Assembly (NCBI GenBank): GCA_963783575.1
Contig: CAWAOD010000011.1
Location: 480,001 to 544,000, forward strand
Source of the DNA: an uncultured Spirochaetota bacterium
GTDB taxonomy: Bacteria; Spirochaetota; Brevinematia; Brevinematales; JAOACQ01
DNA: 64,000 nucleotides
Reading direction: 5' to 3'
A model generated the notes under the pieces. That model had not been told where the DNA came from, searched no databases, and was given only the letters and a program-made list of their open reading frames with translations. Each line of letters begins with the position of its first letter. Positions within the stretch are counted from its first letter, which is position 1. This document shows, piece by piece, positions 51,680 to 61,459 of this stretch. The position numbers and the translations under genes are program-made.

Positions 51680-53737
51680 ATGTCCGAATCGGAAGTAGAT
51701 TTACAGGATATTTCCAAACTTGATCTTTCAGTCTTGTATGTTGAGGATGATGAGCAGACAAGGAATGGATTATATGAATTTTTATCATTACGAATAAAAA
51801 ATGTGTACGCCGCAAAAGACGGAAAAGAGGGCATTGATTCATATTTAAAAAATCATCCTGATATAATCATAACCGATATACGAATGCCTGTTTTAAATGG
51901 CATAGAAATGGCAAAACAAATAAAAGCTATAAATAAGGATATTCCATTTATTGTTACCACTGCTTATAATGATGTTGAATTTCTTATTGAGTCTATAGAT
52001 GTTGGAATAAGCCAGTTTATCTTAAAACCAATTGTCGGCGCAAAATTAATGCAGGCCGTTCAGAAATGCATGCGGGGATTAACGCTTGAACAGGAAATGG
52101 TTAATATTACAAGTATGCTCAGTCAGTACAAAAGAGCAATCGACGCGAGCGGTATTGTATTAAAATTTAATACCGATTACAATATTAATTATGTGAATGA
52201 AGTATACTGTAGGCTTTCCGGATTTGAACCGGGTGATGTTCTCGGCAGGCAATTCAAATATATAATTTATTCCGGCAATCCGGATGAACAGATTGAAAAA
52301 ATCATTGAAACTATCAGGGCAGAACAAATCTGGAAAGGTATAATAAAATGCAGAAAAAAAGACGGCAGTGCTTTTTATGTAAATGAGACAATCACTCCGA
52401 TATCCGGTATGAGAAATGATCTGATAGAATTTATGACCATTGGATTTGAGATTACGGAACTTGTTCAAAAAAGCGAGGAATTATTTCATCAATTATATAC
52501 CGACACTATGACAGGGCTTCCGAACCGGGCAAAGCTTCTTGAAGATGTTGAAAAGTCAAACCATCCGGTATTAATTCTGATCAATGTGGATAGCTTTCAG
52601 CAGATCAATGATTTTTATGGAAATAGTATCGGGGACTTTATAATTTGTGAAATCGGCAGCAGGCTGCATGCTGTTCTTCCAACATCCGATTACAGATTAT
52701 ACAAAATGACTGCAGATGAATTTGCAATTTTATTGGATAAAGAAGTAACTCCAAAGGACCTGGAGCCATTGATAAAAATATCGCGCGATGAAGTTAATGA
52801 AAAGCCTTTTGTTTATCATGGAACTTCGATACCCATAACGGCGGCAATAGGTATTGCTGTAGGCAAGAAGTTTAATGAAGAGAATTTGGAAGACATAAAA
52901 TGGCATAGTCTGGCTTTAAATGCCGATATGGCCCTGAAGAAAGCAAAAAAATTACAGAAACACTTTATTATATATGATGAATCGATGCAGATAACCAAGG
53001 AATATGAAAATAATATCAAATGGACAACAAAGCTTAAAGAAGCCATTAAAGATAATAGGATTATTCCGTATTTTCAGCCGATACTCAATAATCACACCAA
53101 GAAGATTGAGAAATATGAATGCCTGATCCGTATGATAGATAATGACGGGCAGATAAAACCGCCAAAGCTATTCCTGGATCTGGCGAAAAAATCAAAATTA
53201 TACCATGAATTAACAAAAATTATGATTCAGAAATCCATTGAGGTTTTTAAGGATACGGATTACGAATTTTCAATCAATCTTTCGGTCGATGATATAATTG
53301 ATGAAGAGACTTATTATTTTATAAGGGCCATTTTAAAACTCAATAGAAATGTTTCTCAAAGGCTGGTTTTTGAGATTCTTGAATCTGAAGGAATTGAGAA
53401 TTATGAGGAAGTTAAGACATTTATTGGGGAAGTTAAGAATCTAGACTGCAAGATAGCTGTTGATGATTTCGGATCCGGTTATTCAAATTTTTCACATATA
53501 TTACGTTTAAATGTGGATTATATAAAAATCGATTCCTCGATAATAAAAACCATAAATCAGGATTTGAATACACAGATTGTAACCCAAACAATAGTTGAAT
53601 TTGCAAGAAAACTGGGTATTAAAACAATTGCCGAATTTGTTCATTCCGAAGAGGTTTATCTTAAGCTTCTTGACCTTGGCGTGGATTATTCCCAGGGTTA
53701 TTATTTCGGAGAACCGAAAGACTGCCTAATAATTTGA
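51680..53737 (+). CDS. REC-PAS-GGDEF(degenerate)-EAL protein, probable c-di-GMP phosphodiesterase
   Basis: REC, PAS, TADEF in place of GGDEF, ECL, DDFGSGYS and QGY. Confidence 0.9.
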   Translation: MSESEVDLQDISKLDLSVLYVEDDEQTRNGLYEFLSLRIKNVYAAKDGKEGIDSYLKNHPDIIITDIRMPVLNGIEMAKQIKAINKDIPFIVTTAYNDVEFLIESIDVGISQFILKPIVGAKLMQAVQKCMRGLTLEQEMVNITSMLSQYKRAIDASGIVLKFNTDYNINYVNEVYCRLSGFEPGDVLGRQFKYIIYSGNPDEQIEKIIETIRAEQIWKGIIKCRKKDGSAFYVNETITPISGMRNDLIEFMTIGFEITELVQKSEELFHQLYTDTMTGLPNRAKLLEDVEKSNHPVLILINVDSFQQINDFYGNSIGDFIICEIGSRLHAVLPTSDYRLYKMTADEFAILLDKEVTPKDLEPLIKISRDEVNEKPFVYHGTSIPITAAIGIAVGKKFNEENLEDIKWHSLALNADMALKKAKKLQKHFIIYDESMQITKEYENNIKWTTKLKEAIKDNRIIPYFQPILNNHTKKIEKYECLIRMIDNDGQIKPPKLFLDLAKKSKLYHELTKIMIQKSIEVFKDTDYEFSINLSVDDIIDEETYYFIRAILKLNRNVSQRLVFEILESEGIENYEEVKTFIGEVKNLDCKIAVDDFGSGYSNFSHILRLNVDYIKIDSSIIKTINQDLNTQIVTQTIVEFARKLGIKTIAEFVHSEEVYLKLLDLGVDYSQGYYFGEPKDCLII

Positions 53738-53815
53738 AAACTTCCATTAAAATGCATTTCTTAACATTTATACCATTCATTCCGACATTATATTAAAAAT
53801 TCAGGATGATCTTAC

Positions 53816-54424
53816 ATGAAATTTATAAACAAAATGAAAAATAAAAAGAAAATATTTTTTTCTTTTCCGGATTTTAAGCTGGAAAGTATAATAAATAAAG
53901 AATTCGGTAATATTTTCAACATTATAAAAAATCACTTGATAATTAATGAAATTGATTATAGTATTTTCGGTTTAAATAAAGATATGAAAGTCTTCAGTGA
54001 TAAAAAAATGATTTTTATTGAAGCCGGGATTAATGAAAAAAATTTAACCGGGCATAATGATATAGATTCTGTTAATGATGATTTAAGCAAAAACATTTCT
54101 AATCTCAGTGAAAAATTAACAGATTTTGACACAAAAAAAGTATATGTTAAAAAAGACGGCCACGGAATATTCTTTTGCTTTAATAATCAAATACCGTCAA
54201 TTCAAAAAGAAAATATTGCAAAACAGGAGATCATTAACTCCTCTTTGAATAATGGCTTATCACATCTAACATTATTATTTACTGATGAAATTGATATTGA
54301 CAATGCTGCAGCAGTTCTCCGATATTTTATAGATTTGTTAAAAGAATCAGGTATTAGTCCGGATTATTTCAGAATAGGAGTTGTTGTAGATAATACGGCA
54401 GCAAGTGTTGAAATTTCGGTATGA
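53816..54424 (+). CDS. Hypothetical protein
   Basis: 202-aa ORF in AT-rich DNA filling the gap; no motif recognised. Confidence 0.6.
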   Translation: MKFINKMKNKKKIFFSFPDFKLESIINKEFGNIFNIIKNHLIINEIDYSIFGLNKDMKVFSDKKMIFIEAGINEKNLTGHNDIDSVNDDLSKNISNLSEKLTDFDTKKVYVKKDGHGIFFCFNNQIPSIQKENIAKQEIINSSLNNGLSHLTLLFTDEIDIDNAAAVLRYFIDLLKESGISPDYFRIGVVVDNTAASVEISV

Positions 54425-54512
54425 GCAGCATGATGCTGCACCCGAATAAATTGTGCCAAATTTTAACAGTTGATCGTTTTTGATCTGTAATATCGATCAA
54501 GAGACATGCTTA

Positions 54513-55760
54513 TTAAACTATCAGGTTTAATCCCTTTATTTGTTTTACGGTAACGGCTTCTTCCTTTTTAATTGAACGTTCGGCTGAAGCATTCCATATC
54601 TCTCCATGTATCTTAATCTGTCCCCTGCCATTTTTAAAATCGTCGATTGCAATACCGGTACTACCGATTAAGTTTTCTCTGCCTGATACTGCTTTTCTAC
54701 GTATGGTTTTCCCAACTATGTATACCAGTCCTCCTACAACAGCAAGTGTTGTTAATGCAACCGTCAATACCGACGATACATGCAGCCTGAGAAAGGGCAG
54801 GGGGGAATCGAAGAGCATTGCGGACCCCACAATCAGGCAAATCATTCCACCGATAGTCATTAAACCGTGTGAGGTTATAAAAATCTCAAGTATAAATAAA
54901 ATAAAAGCAAGTGCTATTAAAAATAATCCGGCATAATTGAATGGAAGCGTCTGCATCGAATACAGCGCAATTATTAAAAATAATGCCCCGAGCGCTCCTG
55001 AAAAGATTGTGCCGGGATGGATGATTTCGTAAAGTATTCCGTAAAACCCGAGTATAAGAATAAAATAAACCAGGTTCGGATTTGCCAGAACACTGAGAAG
55101 ATCTTCAGCCCAGCTTTTTTTTATTTCAATAAACTTATAAGTGTTTTCAGTACCGTAAATCTGTTCAGCAAGATCTGTTTTGTCCCTGGCAATGTAATTA
55201 ATAACATGGTTTGAAAGCGCTTCATCGCTTGTAATTGAAACGCTTTCTTTTACGGATTTGACAGCCCATTCAGTATTCCTGTTCCTGAGCTTAGCTATTG
55301 ATTCTATAAAAGCCACAGTATCGTTTTCTATTTTTTTAGATAGGGTTTTTGTATTTTCATTATCACCCTGTGATCCTCCGATACCTTCCATACTTACCGG
55401 GTGAGCAGCTCCAATGTTGCAGCCGGGAGCCATCGCGGCATATTTTGCAGAAAGGGTAATAAATACTCCAGCAGATCCGGCTCGTGATCCCTTCGGTGAT
55501 ACGTAAACAATGGAGTCAAGTTTTGTGTTTAAAAGCTCCTGTACAATATTCCTTGTGCTTTCCAATAAACCGCCGGGAGTATCAAGAGTAAATAAAACTG
55601 CGTCATATTTTTTTAATTCCGCCGTTTTTAATGTTCTTTTCATGAACCTTTCCGTAACAGGTGTTATCGCTTCTTTTATTTCGACAGCGGCAATGGTCTT
55701 TTCAAGGCCATAAAGACAGTTTGATACAATAAATAACAATACTAAAAATAACTTCTTCAT
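54513..55760 (-). CDS. nfeD: Long-form NfeD membrane-bound serine protease (ClpP class)
   Basis: DTPGGL, AGSAG, IGAAHP, TM bundle, C-terminal GEIWNA OB-fold. Confidence 0.9.
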   Translation of the reverse strand: MKKLFLVLLFIVSNCLYGLEKTIAAVEIKEAITPVTERFMKRTLKTAELKKYDAVLFTLDTPGGLLESTRNIVQELLNTKLDSIVYVSPKGSRAGSAGVFITLSAKYAAMAPGCNIGAAHPVSMEGIGGSQGDNENTKTLSKKIENDTVAFIESIAKLRNRNTEWAVKSVKESVSITSDEALSNHVINYIARDKTDLAEQIYGTENTYKFIEIKKSWAEDLLSVLANPNLVYFILILGFYGILYEIIHPGTIFSGALGALFLIIALYSMQTLPFNYAGLFLIALAFILFILEIFITSHGLMTIGGMICLIVGSAMLFDSPLPFLRLHVSSVLTVALTTLAVVGGLVYIVGKTIRRKAVSGRENLIGSTGIAIDDFKNGRGQIKIHGEIWNASAERSIKKEEAVTVKQIKGLNLIV

Positions 55761-55865
55761 CCTTTTTTGCTCCTTTTTATGAGTATAGGAATCTTAAGAT
55801 TAAGTTAGAAATGTATTTCATTATTATAATATAATATACATAAAAATGTAAGTCAATTAAGATAA

Positions 55866-55906
55866 AGCATAGAGCTAAAGCTTAAAGCTTATAGCTTAAT
55901 GCTTAG
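55866..55906. repeat. Short degenerate heptamer tandem repeat (AGCTTAA)
   Basis: agcatag-agctaa-agcttaa-agcttat-agcttaa-tgcttag. Confidence 0.6.
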
Positions 55907-56394
55907 GTTTTTAATCCATTGTTTTTTAGTGTGCCGAGAACAAATTGAATGATGTTCTTTGAAAAATCTGAAATTAGGAAAGCATACTTAATATTTTGAT
56001 AATCCGGAATATTTTTTATTATTCCAGTGGAATTTGCCAGTGTGATTAATACACCGGTAATAATTATTAGCTGAAAAAGGCCTAAAACTCCGCCTAATAA
56101 ACTGTCAAGCCATTCAAGTTCAAGAAATTCCATCATATCGATAAAAAGGTAGGATAATTTTCTAATTATAAAATATATAATTGTAAAAATAATTATGAAT
56201 AGTATGATATATCCTACCTGGGAATTTTTTTGCGATACTATGTGGGGAAGAATTAACGGTACAATCTTGCCGGCGCCGAAAATCCCGGCTATTATCGCCA
56301 TCAGGCTGAAGATCATATAAATAAAGCCTTTTGAAAAACCCCAGACAAAACCGATTATTATTAACACAATAACAATAATATCAATTATATTCAT
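55903..56394 (-). CDS. cvpA: CvpA family membrane protein
   Basis: IDII...GFSKGFI and LDSLLGGVLG; 4 TM segments. Confidence 0.85.
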   Translation of the reverse strand: MNIIDIIVIVLIIIGFVWGFSKGFIYMIFSLMAIIAGIFGAGKIVPLILPHIVSQKNSQVGYIILFIIIFTIIYFIIRKLSYLFIDMMEFLELEWLDSLLGGVLGLFQLIIITGVLITLANSTGIIKNIPDYQNIKYAFLISDFSKNIIQFVLGTLKNNGLKT

Positions 56395-56545
56395 ATATTT
56401 TCCTTTTTTCTATTAATAAAATATCGGAAGTTAAGGATTTATATTGATAAAATAATCAAATCAATTTTGAATTGCTAATGGAGATGTGCCTTAAGTTTAC
56501 AGTTTAAAAAGGTCCTGGAATTATGATTTTTTTTAAACAGAAACT

Positions 56546-57799
56546 TCAGCAGTTAGTAGGGTATTTATTTTTGAGATACCACAATACGGTTTTCAAAATA
56601 CCGCTTTCAAAGTTTTCCTCAGCCTTCCAGCCGAGTTCCTTTTCAATTTTAGATGCGTCAATAGCATATCGTCTGTCATGGCCGGCTCTGTCCTCTACAA
56701 ATGAAATCAATTCTTTATACGATTTTTTATCAGTTCTTGGCTTCTGCACGTCAAGTATGCCGCATATTTTATCGGTGATGTAAAGGTTATCTCTCTCATT
56801 CCTGCCTCCGATATTGTAGGTTTCACCGCTTCTTCCTTTATGAAACGCTATGTCAATCCCCTTACAATGGTCTAAAACATAAAGCCAATCCCTTATATTC
56901 TTTCCATCTCCGTATATAGGGATTTTTTCGAGTGATAAGGCTTTTCGGATAATAGTCGGAATTAATTTTTCATTATGCTGTTTCGGTCCATAGTTGTTGG
57001 AACAATTAGTTGTAATTGTATTTAAGCCGTAAGTATGATAAAAAGCTCTGACAATAAAATCGCTTGAAGCCTTGGATGCGCTGTAAGGAGAATTTGGGGA
57101 ATAAGCGGTTTTTTCTGTGAATAAACCGGTTTCGCCGAGGCTTCCATAAACCTCATCGGTCGAAATATGATGAAACCGGTATTCCGAATTATCGTTTTTA
57201 ACAAGCGTGACCAGTCTGCCCCTACCTGCCGGAGATCCCGGCGTAGGCAGGCCAGGCAGGCTGCTTGACCCGGGTGTAGATTCCTTACGCGACAAAGTTG
57301 CGTATAACTCTGCCGCGTTTCTACTAGAAGATGCTCCCAGTTGCGATGCACTGAGTTTATCGAAGTGTTCTGACTTTAATACCTCAAGGCTCTGCCTTGT
57401 GGATTCTTTATTATCCGGCGGTTTGACTCTCCATGCATTCCTTGCCGCATTACATAAGTTAAAGGTTCCGTTTATATTTGTTTTGATGAAAACATCGGGA
57501 TCGGCAATGGAATTATCAACATGAGATTCTGCGGCAAAATGAATTACTCCCCGAATATCGTATTCTTTAAAAATAGAATTGATTAATTTCCTGTCACAAA
57601 TATCACCTTTCAGAAAGTAGTATCTGGGATTACCTTCAACATCTTTCAAATTTCCCGGATCGCCTGCATATGTCAGTTTGTCAATATTTAAAATAAAATA
57701 GCTCTTGTATTTATTTATGAAATAAGGAATAAAATTTGATGCGATGAAACCGGCTCCTCCGGTTATTAATATTGTTTTTAAGGATTTATCCCTCAACAT
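56546..57799 (-). CDS. rfbB: dTDP-glucose 4,6-dehydratase with an in-frame insertion of about 70 aa
   Basis: TGGAGFI, DKLTYAG, HFAAESHVD, ISTDEVYG, YSASK, DRAGHDRRY. Confidence 0.93.
   Translation of the reverse strand: MLRDKSLKTILITGGAGFIASNFIPYFINKYKSYFILNIDKLTYAGDPGNLKDVEGNPRYYFLKGDICDRKLINSIFKEYDIRGVIHFAAESHVDNSIADPDVFIKTNINGTFNLCNAARNAWRVKPPDNKESTRQSLEVLKSEHFDKLSASQLGASSSRNAAELYATLSRKESTPGSSSLPGLPTPGSPAGRGRLVTLVKNDNSEYRFHHISTDEVYGSLGETGLFTEKTAYSPNSPYSASKASSDFIVRAFYHTYGLNTITTNCSNNYGPKQHNEKLIPTIIRKALSLEKIPIYGDGKNIRDWLYVLDHCKGIDIAFHKGRSGETYNIGGRNERDNLYITDKICGILDVQKPRTDKKSYKELISFVEDRAGHDRRYAIDASKIEKELGWKAEENFESGILKTVLWYLKNKYPTNC
57198..57407 (+). repeat. Longest copy of the modular palindromic repeat, located inside rfbB
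   Basis: Homologous to intergenic copies at 11571, 34430 and 46282; reading frame preserved. Confidence 0.9.
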
Positions 57800-57825
57800 A
57801 TAATTACTCCGGATATTTCGAATTT

Positions 57826-58689
57826 CTATTTTAATTTCATTTTTTCAATACATTCTTTCAATGAATCCCGCCAATACGGTATTTCAATCCCAAGATCTAA
57901 TTTAATCTTTGCCTTGTTTAAAACGCTGTATCCGGGCCTTTTTGCCGGGGTGGGGTAATCTTTTGTTTCAATCGGGATGATGCCGCATTTTATTTCCGAA
58001 AACTCGCAAATTGCCTTGGCAAAATCATACCAGCTTGCCACGCCTTCGTTTGAATAATGATAAATTCCGCCATTTATATTTATCAATTGATCAATATTTC
58101 CCAGGATTGTCTTTGCCAAATCCCTTGCATATGTCGGTGTACCGATTTGATCAAAAATCATTGTGAGTTTATTTCTTTCTTTTGCCAGCCTAATAATATT
58201 CCTGACAAAATTACCGCCGTATTGAGAATAAAGCCAGGATGTTCTTATAATTACAGTTCCGGGACAAAATTTATTAGCTTCCCTTTCGCCTTCCAGTTTG
58301 GTTTTTCCATAAATTGACAGGGGGTTTGGAATATCGGTTTCAGCATAAGGCAAAGATTTTGTACCGTCAAATACAAAATCAGTCGATAAATGGATTAATT
58401 TGGCACCGGCTTTTTTTGAAATAACAGCAAGGTTTCTTACAGCCTCGGTATTTATCAATTCCGCGGTCTTTTCATCGCTTTCGGCTTTGTCTACCGCAGT
58501 ATAAGCGGCACAATTAATAATGAAATCAAAATTTTCAGCATTAAAAAACTCTTCCAGAGCTTCGGGGTTTGTGATGTCCAGTTCGCCGATATCGGTAAAA
58601 ATAAAATTCCATGATTGATAGTTTTTTGATAATTCTTTAATTTCAGAGCCAAGCTGGCCGTTTGATCCTGTTATTAAAATTTTCATCAT
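57826..58689 (-). CDS. rfbD: dTDP-4-dehydrorhamnose reductase
   Basis: GSNGQLG, AAYTAVD, STDFVFDG, YGKTK, DQIGTPT. Confidence 0.96.
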   Translation of the reverse strand: MMKILITGSNGQLGSEIKELSKNYQSWNFIFTDIGELDITNPEALEEFFNAENFDFIINCAAYTAVDKAESDEKTAELINTEAVRNLAVISKKAGAKLIHLSTDFVFDGTKSLPYAETDIPNPLSIYGKTKLEGEREANKFCPGTVIIRTSWLYSQYGGNFVRNIIRLAKERNKLTMIFDQIGTPTYARDLAKTILGNIDQLININGGIYHYSNEGVASWYDFAKAICEFSEIKCGIIPIETKDYPTPAKRPGYSVLNKAKIKLDLGIEIPYWRDSLKECIEKMKLK

Positions 58690-59249
58690 ATATTTCCATA
58701 AACTAAATTATTTTCAACTTTGTCCAATGATGGGTTAGCCTTGTCTTTATCAGAAATTATTATGTCGTTTAAAGGGATCTGCCAGTCAATTGCAAGAATT
58801 TTATCATTGTATGCGATCCCTCTTTCCATATCAGGTTTATAAAAGTTATCGCATTTATAAAGCAGTTCAACTGTTTCGCTTAATACGGCAAAACCATGGG
58901 CGAATCCTCTGGGAATAAATAATTGTCTTTTGTTTTCAGAGGATAGTTCGACGCTGACCCATTTCCCACAAGTCGGTGAGCCTGTCCTGATATCTACTGC
59001 AACATCGAGGGCTTTTCCAAAAAGAACCCTGACCAGTTTTGCCTGAGTATAAGGATAAAGCTGATAATGCAAACCTCTTAAAACACCGTAAGTTGACCTG
59101 GATTGATTATCCTGGACAAAATCTGATGTGATACCTTCTTTATTAAATAAATTCCTGTTATAACTTTCATAAAAATAGCCTCTGTTATCAATAAAAACTT
59201 TCGGCTCAATGATAATAACCTCTGGAATTCCAGTCTTAATGAATGGCAT
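58686..59249 (-). CDS. rfbC: dTDP-4-dehydrorhamnose 3,5-epimerase
   Basis: DNRGYF, QDNQS, RGLHYQ, GFAHGF. Confidence 0.97.
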   Translation of the reverse strand: MPFIKTGIPEVIIIEPKVFIDNRGYFYESYNRNLFNKEGITSDFVQDNQSRSTYGVLRGLHYQLYPYTQAKLVRVLFGKALDVAVDIRTGSPTCGKWVSVELSSENKRQLFIPRGFAHGFAVLSETVELLYKCDNFYKPDMERGIAYNDKILAIDWQIPLNDIIISDKDKANPSLDKVENNLVYGNI

Positions 59250-59262
59250 AATATTCTCTCCA

Positions 59263-60132
59263 TTATTGATTGGCTATGCTTAATAAATATTGTCCGTATT
59301 GATTTTTTAAATAAGGCCTGGCTAAATTCAAAAGCTGTTCTTTTGTTATATATTTTTTTGTATAGGCAATTTCCTCGATACAGGCTATCTTTAATCCCTG
59401 TCTGTGTTCAATTGTCTCGACAAAATTGCTTGCTTCCAGCAGGCTTTCATGTGTTCCTGTATCAAGCCATGCCATTCCGCGTCCTAATAGCCCGACTTTA
59501 AGCTTTCCCATTTTCAGGTATTCTTTATTAACATCGGTAATTTCCAATTCTCCTCTTTGCGACGGTTTTATGTATTTGGCTATATCGATAACTTTATTAT
59601 CATAAAAGTAAAGGCCGGGTACTGCATAATTTGATTTTGCCTTAACGGGTTTTTCTTCAATACTTATAACATTGCAGTCTTGATCAAATTCAACCACTCC
59701 ATATCTTTCAGGATCATTTACATAATATCCGAAAATCACAGCTCCGTCCTTTGTCTTGTTTGCTTTTATCAGCATCTCAGTGAAACCGTAGCCGTAAAAA
59801 ATATTATCACCTAAAATTAAGCAAACCTCATTTCTGCCAATAAAGTTTTCACCAATGATAAAAGCCTGAGCAATTCCATTCGGTTCAGGCTGAACAGCAT
59901 ATTCGATATTCAATCCTAGTTTACTTCCGTCACTTAATAAGTTTTTAAATAGCGGCAAATCTTTATCTGTGGATATGATCAAAATTTCTCTTATTCCGGC
60001 AAGCATTAAGGTTGATAGGGGATAATATATCAACGGTTTATCAAATACAGGTAAAATCTGCTTTGATAATGATACGGTTAACGGATATAGCCTTGTTCCG
60101 CTACCGCCCGCAAGTATTATCCCTTTCCTCAT
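59263..60132 (-). CDS. rfbA: Glucose-1-phosphate thymidylyltransferase
   Basis: [37 protein letters not shown]. Confidence 0.98.
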   Translation of the reverse strand: MRKGIILAGGSGTRLYPLTVSLSKQILPVFDKPLIYYPLSTLMLAGIREILIISTDKDLPLFKNLLSDGSKLGLNIEYAVQPEPNGIAQAFIIGENFIGRNEVCLILGDNIFYGYGFTEMLIKANKTKDGAVIFGYYVNDPERYGVVEFDQDCNVISIEEKPVKAKSNYAVPGLYFYDNKVIDIAKYIKPSQRGELEITDVNKEYLKMGKLKVGLLGRGMAWLDTGTHESLLEASNFVETIEHRQGLKIACIEEIAYTKKYITKEQLLNLARPYLKNQYGQYLLSIANQ

Positions 60133-60397
60133 AATCCTGCCCCCTTCTCAAATGTTAATTATTTAAATATAATATTATATCAAGAATGATTTCGTTCAAC
60201 ATTAAAAACTTCTATATAATTAAAACGTTTGACAGTAATACTATTAATAAACCTGACAATTTAAGGAAATATTGATAAAGGAATGTTTGAAATTGATCAA
60301 ATAAATTATGTCACTGAAATTTTTTTAAGAATTATTATAATACTATGGATGTTAATAGTCAAAAAATGCAAATGATATTCATATTTACATTATGTTA

Positions 60398-60892
60398 TTA
60401 AAGTTTTGATTGATGAATCATGTAAATAATTTTTTCCATAGCGGTCTCATCGCATTGCATAATCTTTGGACAGCCCAGGCAATCCCTCCATATTTTTTGA
60501 GGAAATTTAGATTTTTCAACTTTAATATATCCAAGCTTTCCGAAAAATTTCTCGCTTATAGTTAGTGCAAATACAGATTTGATGCCTTCTTCTTTTATAA
60601 TTTCCTCGGCTTTTTCAACAAGCATTTTACCTGTTCCTCTACCTCTCAAATTATCGCTGACGGCAAGTGAGCGAATTTCTGCAAGTTCGGATGAAAAAAA
60701 GGAAAAAGCGCAGCATCCTATAATCTTACCGTCAAATTCCGCAACAACAAAATTACGTATTGATTCGATAATTGATTCAACGGATTTCGACAGCATTAAT
60801 CCCTGTTCCGAGTATGTATTTATAAGTCGGGAAATTTCTAACGCATCCGATAACTTTGCGTTTCGAATACATATTTCATTCTGCACTATCAA
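60398..60892 (-). CDS. GNAT N-acetyltransferase (short ArgA-like)
   Basis: AEIRSLAV, RGRGTG, KIWRDCLGCPK...CDE. Confidence 0.85.
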   Translation of the reverse strand: MIVQNEICIRNAKLSDALEISRLINTYSEQGLMLSKSVESIIESIRNFVVAEFDGKIIGCCAFSFFSSELAEIRSLAVSDNLRGRGTGKMLVEKAEEIIKEEGIKSVFALTISEKFFGKLGYIKVEKSKFPQKIWRDCLGCPKIMQCDETAMEKIIYMIHQSKL

Positions 60893-61199
60893 TTATTCCT
60901 TTGATTTTATTTTTTGAAACCGGCCCAATAACTTTCTCTGCTGGCAGGCCGTCTTTAAAAAGAATTAATGTTGGAATACTGTTTACATTATATTGTGATG
61001 CTATACCTGAGCTTTTGTCGACATCAACTTTACCGAATTTTATTTTACCCTGATATTCATCCGCAAGACTTTCAACAATTGGAGTAATCATTCTGCAAGG
61101 TGCACACCATTCTGCCCAGAAATCAACTAAAACCGGCTTATCGGATTTTACCACTTCAGATTCAAAATTGGTTTCCGAAAGATATAAAACTGCTGACAT
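60876..61199 (-). CDS. trxA: Thioredoxin
   Basis: VDFWAEWCAPC and SIPT; start reassigned to ATG at 61199 after AGGAG. Confidence 0.93.
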   Translation of the reverse strand: MSAVLYLSETNFESEVVKSDKPVLVDFWAEWCAPCRMITPIVESLADEYQGKIKFGKVDVDKSSGIASQYNVNSIPTLILFKDGLPAEKVIGPVSKNKIKGIIDSAE

Positions 61200-61459
61200 A
61201 CTATTACTCCTTAATTTTAAATAAGTTATATTAAAACAACTCATAATTCTAAATTAGAACTTACCATATATTATAATCAATATTAAGCATAAACTCCAGA
61301 TAAATTTAAGTTAATAATAATTTTGTGCAATAATTAAATCTCATTTACTTGACCTTTTGATAGATTATGCTAACCTATTATAGATAAATTTTTACCCTAA
61401 GTAAGGGGAGATTATTAGAATATATTAAAGAATTTTGCTTTAAGGCTTAGGAGACTGTC

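Noticed and set aside
34430..57407. Repeats interpreted as a CRISPR array
   Set aside because: Copies are dispersed over tens of kb in both orientations, with no regular spacers and no cas genes
57198..57407. Intein or self-splicing intron in rfbB
   Set aside because: No C/S...HN intein termini and no group I/II hallmarks; the sequence matches the intergenic repeat family
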